Assembly: GCA_040376705.1 (NCBI GenBank)
Contig: JBEIQE010000004.1
Coordinates: 4,255-68,254 of the forward strand
Reading direction: 5' to 3'
DNA: 64,000 nt
Origin: Micavibrio sp.
GTDB lineage: Bacteria > Pseudomonadota > Alphaproteobacteria > UBA2400
The notes under the pieces are model-generated. The model saw nothing but the letters and a program-made list of their open reading frames with translations, was not told the DNA's origin and made no database searches. The stretch's first letter is position 1; every line of letters begins with the position of its first letter. Shown in pieces: positions 59,882-64,000 of the stretch. Both the position numbers and the translations under genes were made by a program.

Positions 59882-62070
59882 CCCAAAGCACACCGCGCCC
59901 GCAGCTGCTGCTCCTGACTTTTGCCATGGCCCTGCTGCTCTCGGCAGCCCTGCTCTTCAATATCCAGCCGATGATTGGCAAGATGCTGCTACCCCGTGTG
60001 GGCGGCTCGCCCTACGCCTGGAATATCGTTATGGCGTTCTTCCAGCTGGCGCTACTCAGCGGCTATCTCATTGCGCACCTGCTCACCCGCCTTACCGCCA
60101 TACAACACGGCCTAGTTTATTTTGGTGCATTAGCCATCTCGTGCCTCTTGCTACCAGTTCAGCTGCCAGAAGGCTGGCATCCGGATACCGCAGGGCATAT
60201 GTCGCTCACCATCCTCTATATGCTGGCTATGGTTGTAGCTGTACCATTCATTTCGCTTTCGCTGAGTGCGCCCACGCTGCAACGCCTGTTCGCTGGCAGC
60301 AACCACGACCGCGCGAACGACCCCTACTTCCTCTATGTCGCCTCAAACTTCGGTAGCTTTGCGGGTTTGCTGCTCTACCCGTTCCTGTTCGAGCCGCTGT
60401 GGAGCACTGGTATGCAGGCGCAAATCTGGCAGTACGGCTTCTACATTCTGATGGTAATTGTTGCCACTTGCCTGTTGCTACACCGCCGCCATGCGAATAT
60501 GGCTCAGGCACCAGTAGCTGCCAGCACCGATACACCAAGTGAGAGACCTGACTGGCCCTTACGCGCCCAGTGGCTGCTGTTTGCATTCATTCCGTCCTCA
60601 CTCTCGCTGGGCGTCACCACCTTTATTACCAGCGATGTGACCTCGGCCCCCATGCTTTGGGTGCTTACTCTTGCGCTTTACCTCATCACCTTCATGATTG
60701 CCTTTACCCAACGCGGCGAGAGCCTGCGCCGCTGGGCCATTCGCTGGCATTTATGGCTGGCTACTGCGGCAGTGGTTAATACCATGCTGCCCATCATCCT
60801 GCCGTGGCCGGTTGTTATACTTAACCTGCTCGCCTTCTTTACTGTGGCACTGGCCTTCCATAGCCGCCTTGCCCAGTTACGGCCTGATGCGCGCCACCTG
60901 ACCGAGTTTTACCTGTGGCTCTCCATCGGCGGGGCGCTCGGTGGCTCGTTCAATGCCTTCATCGCACCCCTGCTTTTCAGCCATCTGTTTGAGTATCCGC
61001 TAATCCTGATCCTTGCCATCGCCCTGCACCTGCGCAATGCCGATACCATCGGCAAGCCGCAAAAAATCATGGCGGTAACGATCTGGATTTTTACCCTGGG
61101 ATCGCTGCTGCTGCTCAACGACTATCTGGCAGGCAATCAACGTGATGACCTGCACAACATCCTGCTCATTCCGCTGCTGGCTACCCTCATGCTGCCGTTC
61201 CGCCCGTATAAGCATATGATAAGAGCTTGTAGCATCGTCATGCTGGTGGCGCTATTTGCCATACCGCTCTACTACTTTAATGTCGTGTTTGCTGGCCGCA
61301 GCTTCTTTGGTGTCATCATCGTCAGCGACTTCCAGACCGATGACGGCAGCTTCAAATACCGCCTGCTGCAGCATGGCACCACCACCCACGGCGTGCAGTA
61401 CCTCATGCCCGGCCGTAGCCGTGATACAACCACCTACTACGCGCGTGGCACCGCGCTGGCCGATATCTGGACCACCCGTAACCCTCAGAGTATCGCCGTC
61501 ATGGGCCTTGGCAGTGGCACGCTCAACTGCCTCAAGCAGCCGGGGCAGAATGTACACTTCTTTGAAATCGATCCGCTGATGGTGAAGGTCGCCAACGAGA
61601 AATTCACTTTCCTGCGCGACTGCGGCCAACCCGCAGTCACGCTCGGCGATGGCCGCCTCGAGCTGGCTAAGGATACTAGCCGTTATGACCTGATCATTGT
61701 TGATGTATTTTCGTCCGATGCTATTCCTACTCACATCATCACCAAGGAAGCGATTACGCTGTATATGAGCAAGCTCAACCCCGGTGGCGTATTGGGCTTC
61801 CATATTTCCAACCGCTTCTTCAACCTCGAGCCGGTGCTGGCTGCAGTTGCAAAAGAGCTCGGTCTTGCCGCAATTTACGGCTCTACTGAAGAGAACGAGA
61901 GCTCAAGCCGCAAGATCATCTATCAGACGCAGGCCATGGCACTGGCCGCCGCGCCCGCCACGCTTAGCCCCTACCTGCAAAAACCCGGCATCTGGCGTAC
62001 CGCCCAAAACCCCCGTAATATAAAGGCCTGGACGGATGATTATTTCAACATCCTCTCGGCTCTTAATTAG
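59878..62070 (+). CDS. fused polytopic-membrane/spermidine-synthase-like protein (paralog 2)
   Basis: N-terminus near-identical to paralog 1 (ALLLSAALLFNIQPMIGK.LLPRVGG). Start and stop overlap as ATGA. C-terminal PABS-like motif IIVDVFSSDAIP. Confidence 0.7.
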   Translation: MTQSTPRPQLLLLTFAMALLLSAALLFNIQPMIGKMLLPRVGGSPYAWNIVMAFFQLALLSGYLIAHLLTRLTAIQHGLVYFGALAISCLLLPVQLPEGWHPDTAGHMSLTILYMLAMVVAVPFISLSLSAPTLQRLFAGSNHDRANDPYFLYVASNFGSFAGLLLYPFLFEPLWSTGMQAQIWQYGFYILMVIVATCLLLHRRHANMAQAPVAASTDTPSERPDWPLRAQWLLFAFIPSSLSLGVTTFITSDVTSAPMLWVLTLALYLITFMIAFTQRGESLRRWAIRWHLWLATAAVVNTMLPIILPWPVVILNLLAFFTVALAFHSRLAQLRPDARHLTEFYLWLSIGGALGGSFNAFIAPLLFSHLFEYPLILILAIALHLRNADTIGKPQKIMAVTIWIFTLGSLLLLNDYLAGNQRDDLHNILLIPLLATLMLPFRPYKHMIRACSIVMLVALFAIPLYYFNVVFAGRSFFGVIIVSDFQTDDGSFKYRLLQHGTTTHGVQYLMPGRSRDTTTYYARGTALADIWTTRNPQSIAVMGLGSGTLNCLKQPGQNVHFFEIDPLMVKVANEKFTFLRDCGQPAVTLGDGRLELAKDTSRYDLIIVDVFSSDAIPTHIITKEAITLYMSKLNPGGVLGFHISNRFFNLEPVLAAVAKELGLAAIYGSTEENESSSRKIIYQTQAMALAAAPATLSPYLQKPGIWRTAQNPRNIKAWTDDYFNILSALN

Positions 62071-62131
62071 GGTTGCGAGCAGCCCCGCTTGATTGCTACA
62101 TCATTACCCTCTCAGAGGATGGATGGAATAA

Positions 62132-62608
62132 ATGGAAAAAGTACCCATGACCCTTGGCGGCTTTAATCGCCTTGAAGAAGAGTTGAAGACGCTGCGCTAC
62201 ACCGAACGTCCGGCCGTTATCCGTGCGATTGCGGAAGCGCGCGAACATGGCGATCTGTCCGAGAACGCCGAGTACCATGCGGCACGCGAAAAGCAGTCGT
62301 TCATCGAGGGCCGTATTGGCCTGCTCGAGGGGCTCATTTCCTGCGCCGATATTATCGATATCAGCAAGTTCAAGGGCGACAGCGTTATCCGCTTTGGCGC
62401 AACCGTAACACTTTATGACGAAGAGACCGACGAAGAGATCAAGTATCAGATCGTGGGCGCCGAAGAGGCTGACCTCACACAGCGCAAACTCTCGCTTACC
62501 GCGCCCATCTCGCGCGCGCTGATGGGTAAGAAGAGTGGCGATAGCATTGAAGTGCAAACGCCCAAGGGCAAGCGCGCTTACGATGTTGTTGCCGTCGACT
62601 ACGTGTAG
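62132..62608 (+). CDS. greA: transcription elongation factor GreA
   Basis: [53 protein letters not shown] is the GreA N-terminal coiled-coil signature, followed by an FKBP-like C-terminal domain. Confidence 0.92.
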   Translation: MEKVPMTLGGFNRLEEELKTLRYTERPAVIRAIAEAREHGDLSENAEYHAAREKQSFIEGRIGLLEGLISCADIIDISKFKGDSVIRFGATVTLYDEETDEEIKYQIVGAEEADLTQRKLSLTAPISRALMGKKSGDSIEVQTPKGKRAYDVVAVDYV

Positions 62609-62614
62609 GCAACC

Positions 62615-63508
62615 ATGCCAGCCAGCCTGAAAATCCGGACCCTGACTGCGGATGATCTGCCGGCGCTCACCGAGTTCCTGCTGCTCTACCCGGACAGCTC
62701 CATGCACATGCTCACCAACATCCGTCTGGGCGGCATTGTATGTAAGGAAGAAGCCTATCAGGCGCATTACATCGGTGCCTTCGAACGCAGCCGCCTCAAG
62801 GGTGTGCTGGCTCTTGGCACTAATGACATGGTGCTGGTGCAGTGCCCGGATACCAACCACTTGACCGAGCTGGTACGCAGCTGGCGCGAATGGTTTGACG
62901 GTGGTGCCATGGGCCTGATCGGCCCGCGCCCACAGGTCGAGTTTCTGGCAGGCCTGCTGGGGGGCGAGAAGCTGCCCTTCCGCCTCAACAATACCGAGCA
63001 GATGCTCTCCATGAATTGCGATCAGGTGATCATGCCCGCGCAAATGGGCGTGGTGCGCTGGAGCCATCAGGACGATCTCGAGAAGCTCTATGGCTGGCGC
63101 ACTGCCTGCCTTAACGAGGTGCTGGGCATGCCGCTTACGCCCGCACTGGTCGAGCAGGTTCGAGCCGATGTGGATGGCGAAACAGCTGCGCGCCATCTGG
63201 CTGTACTGCTGGATGGCGACCAACTGGCCGCCTGCGCGCAGATTGCACATGAACAGGATGGCACCATAAAGCAGGGGCTTATTTATGTGCCGCCCGAGCG
63301 ACGCAAAAAGGGCCTCGCCCGGCAAATGCTGGCCGGCCTTGTGCACCTGGCAGCCCAACGTGGCGTCAAGCGCGCGGTGCTGTTTACCACGCGCCGTCAT
63401 GTCGAGGTCACTCGTGCTGCCTTCGCGGTAGGCTTCAAACTCTACGGCGATTTTGGCATTATTCTGTTTGATGAACCGGTGAAGCCGCCCAAGCTCAAGG
63501 CTGCCTAA
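62615..63508 (+). CDS. GNAT-family acetyltransferase (two-lobed)
   Basis: 297 aa. The C-terminal lobe has GNAT motif A (QGLIYVPPERRKKGLARQMLAGLVHLAAQRG). Confidence 0.55.
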   Translation: MPASLKIRTLTADDLPALTEFLLLYPDSSMHMLTNIRLGGIVCKEEAYQAHYIGAFERSRLKGVLALGTNDMVLVQCPDTNHLTELVRSWREWFDGGAMGLIGPRPQVEFLAGLLGGEKLPFRLNNTEQMLSMNCDQVIMPAQMGVVRWSHQDDLEKLYGWRTACLNEVLGMPLTPALVEQVRADVDGETAARHLAVLLDGDQLAACAQIAHEQDGTIKQGLIYVPPERRKKGLARQMLAGLVHLAAQRGVKRAVLFTTRRHVEVTRAAFAVGFKLYGDFGIILFDEPVKPPKLKAA

Positions 63509-63556
63509 ACAGCTTTACAGCGCATTCCGGTTAATTCATCGAACCAAGTACGTCGA

Positions 63557-64000
63557 TTAATCAACATCCACCGGCACACCCGGCGCGTATTTCGATACGC
63601 GGATGGCGAGAGATGAACGCACCTGTGACACGCCGGGCGCTGCAGTAAGCTTGCCGGTCAGGAATTTCTGGTACTCGTCCCAATCTGCCGCAACAATCTT
63701 GAGCACGAAGTCAGTCTCACCAGCCAGCATATGGCACTCGCGCACTTCGGGCCAGCTACGCAGCTGCTCTTCAAAGCGCTTCAGATCAGTCTCAGATTGG
63801 CTCGACAGGCCGACATTAGCAAACACAGTTACGCCATAGCCCATCATCTGCGGGTTCAGCTCGGCATGATAACCCTTGATGTATCCGGCTTCTTCAAGCG
63901 CACGTACACGGCGCAAACAAGGGGGAGCAGAAATACCGGCATTCTTGGCAAGCTCGACATTGGTAATACGTCCATCGTCCTGCAGGTCACGAAGAATCTT
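63557..64000 (-). CDS. Lrp/AsnC-family transcriptional regulator (5' end beyond the window)
   Basis: The reading frame continues to the window edge (…KILRDLQDDGRITNVELAKNAGISAPPCLRRVRALEEAGYIKGY…), with an HTH plus a RAM/AsnC_trans domain. Confidence 0.85.
   Translation of the reverse strand, partial: KILRDLQDDGRITNVELAKNAGISAPPCLRRVRALEEAGYIKGYHAELNPQMMGYGVTVFANVGLSSQSETDLKRFEEQLRSWPEVRECHMLAGETDFVLKIVAADWDEYQKFLTGKLTAAPGVSQVRSSLAIRVSKYAPGVPVDVD

Noticed and set aside
1-64000. CRISPR arrays, IS elements, integrases
   Set aside because: No spaced direct-repeat arrays, transposase-like or recombinase-like ORFs were seen on either strand.

Overview
This is a ~60% GC chromosomal segment of an alphaproteobacterium, called from gene content and protein signatures only (no search run): UPF0262, a CpaA-F/TadBC Flp-pilus locus, MsrPQ, and a fused MFS/spermidine-synthase pair. 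It is gene-dense, with about 65 coding genes and one tRNA, mostly housekeeping: thiolase and acyl-CoA dehydrogenase operon, mgtE, tRNA-Leu, lipB, infA, murA, dcd, uppP, an Mla/Mce-type ABC system, apt, icd, msrPQ, trkH, fhs, gcdH, ETF-QO, rpoD, dnaG, greA. There are no CRISPR arrays, integrases or transposases. The main accessory content is: (i) a complete Flp/Tad pilus locus at 36.4-47.5 kb, with two tandem Flp pilin genes separated by an intrinsic terminator, a CtrA-type TTAA-N7-TTAA box in a very AT-rich upstream region, a TPR lipoprotein ending in a SPOR-like domain, a CpaF ATPase with a ~200-aa repeat-containing N-terminal extension, and a flanking DUF2336 paralog; (ii) a conserved but uncharacterised DUF1302/DUF1329/BNR-propeller/RND(MMPL) four-gene envelope module at 26.6-33.1 kb; (iii) a ~1-kb low-GC (~40%) single-gene island between ETF-QO and rpoD encoding a membrane-anchored protein of unknown function, a candidate horizontally acquired toxin or defence gene; (iv) tandem paralogous fused membrane/spermidine-synthase-like genes at 57.7-62.1 kb; (v) a long minus-strand operon coupling an MsbA-like ABC exporter, two tandem membrane-anchored alpha/beta hydrolases and msrPQ. 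Several long ORFs in the supplied track are antisense artefacts of high GC and are rejected.
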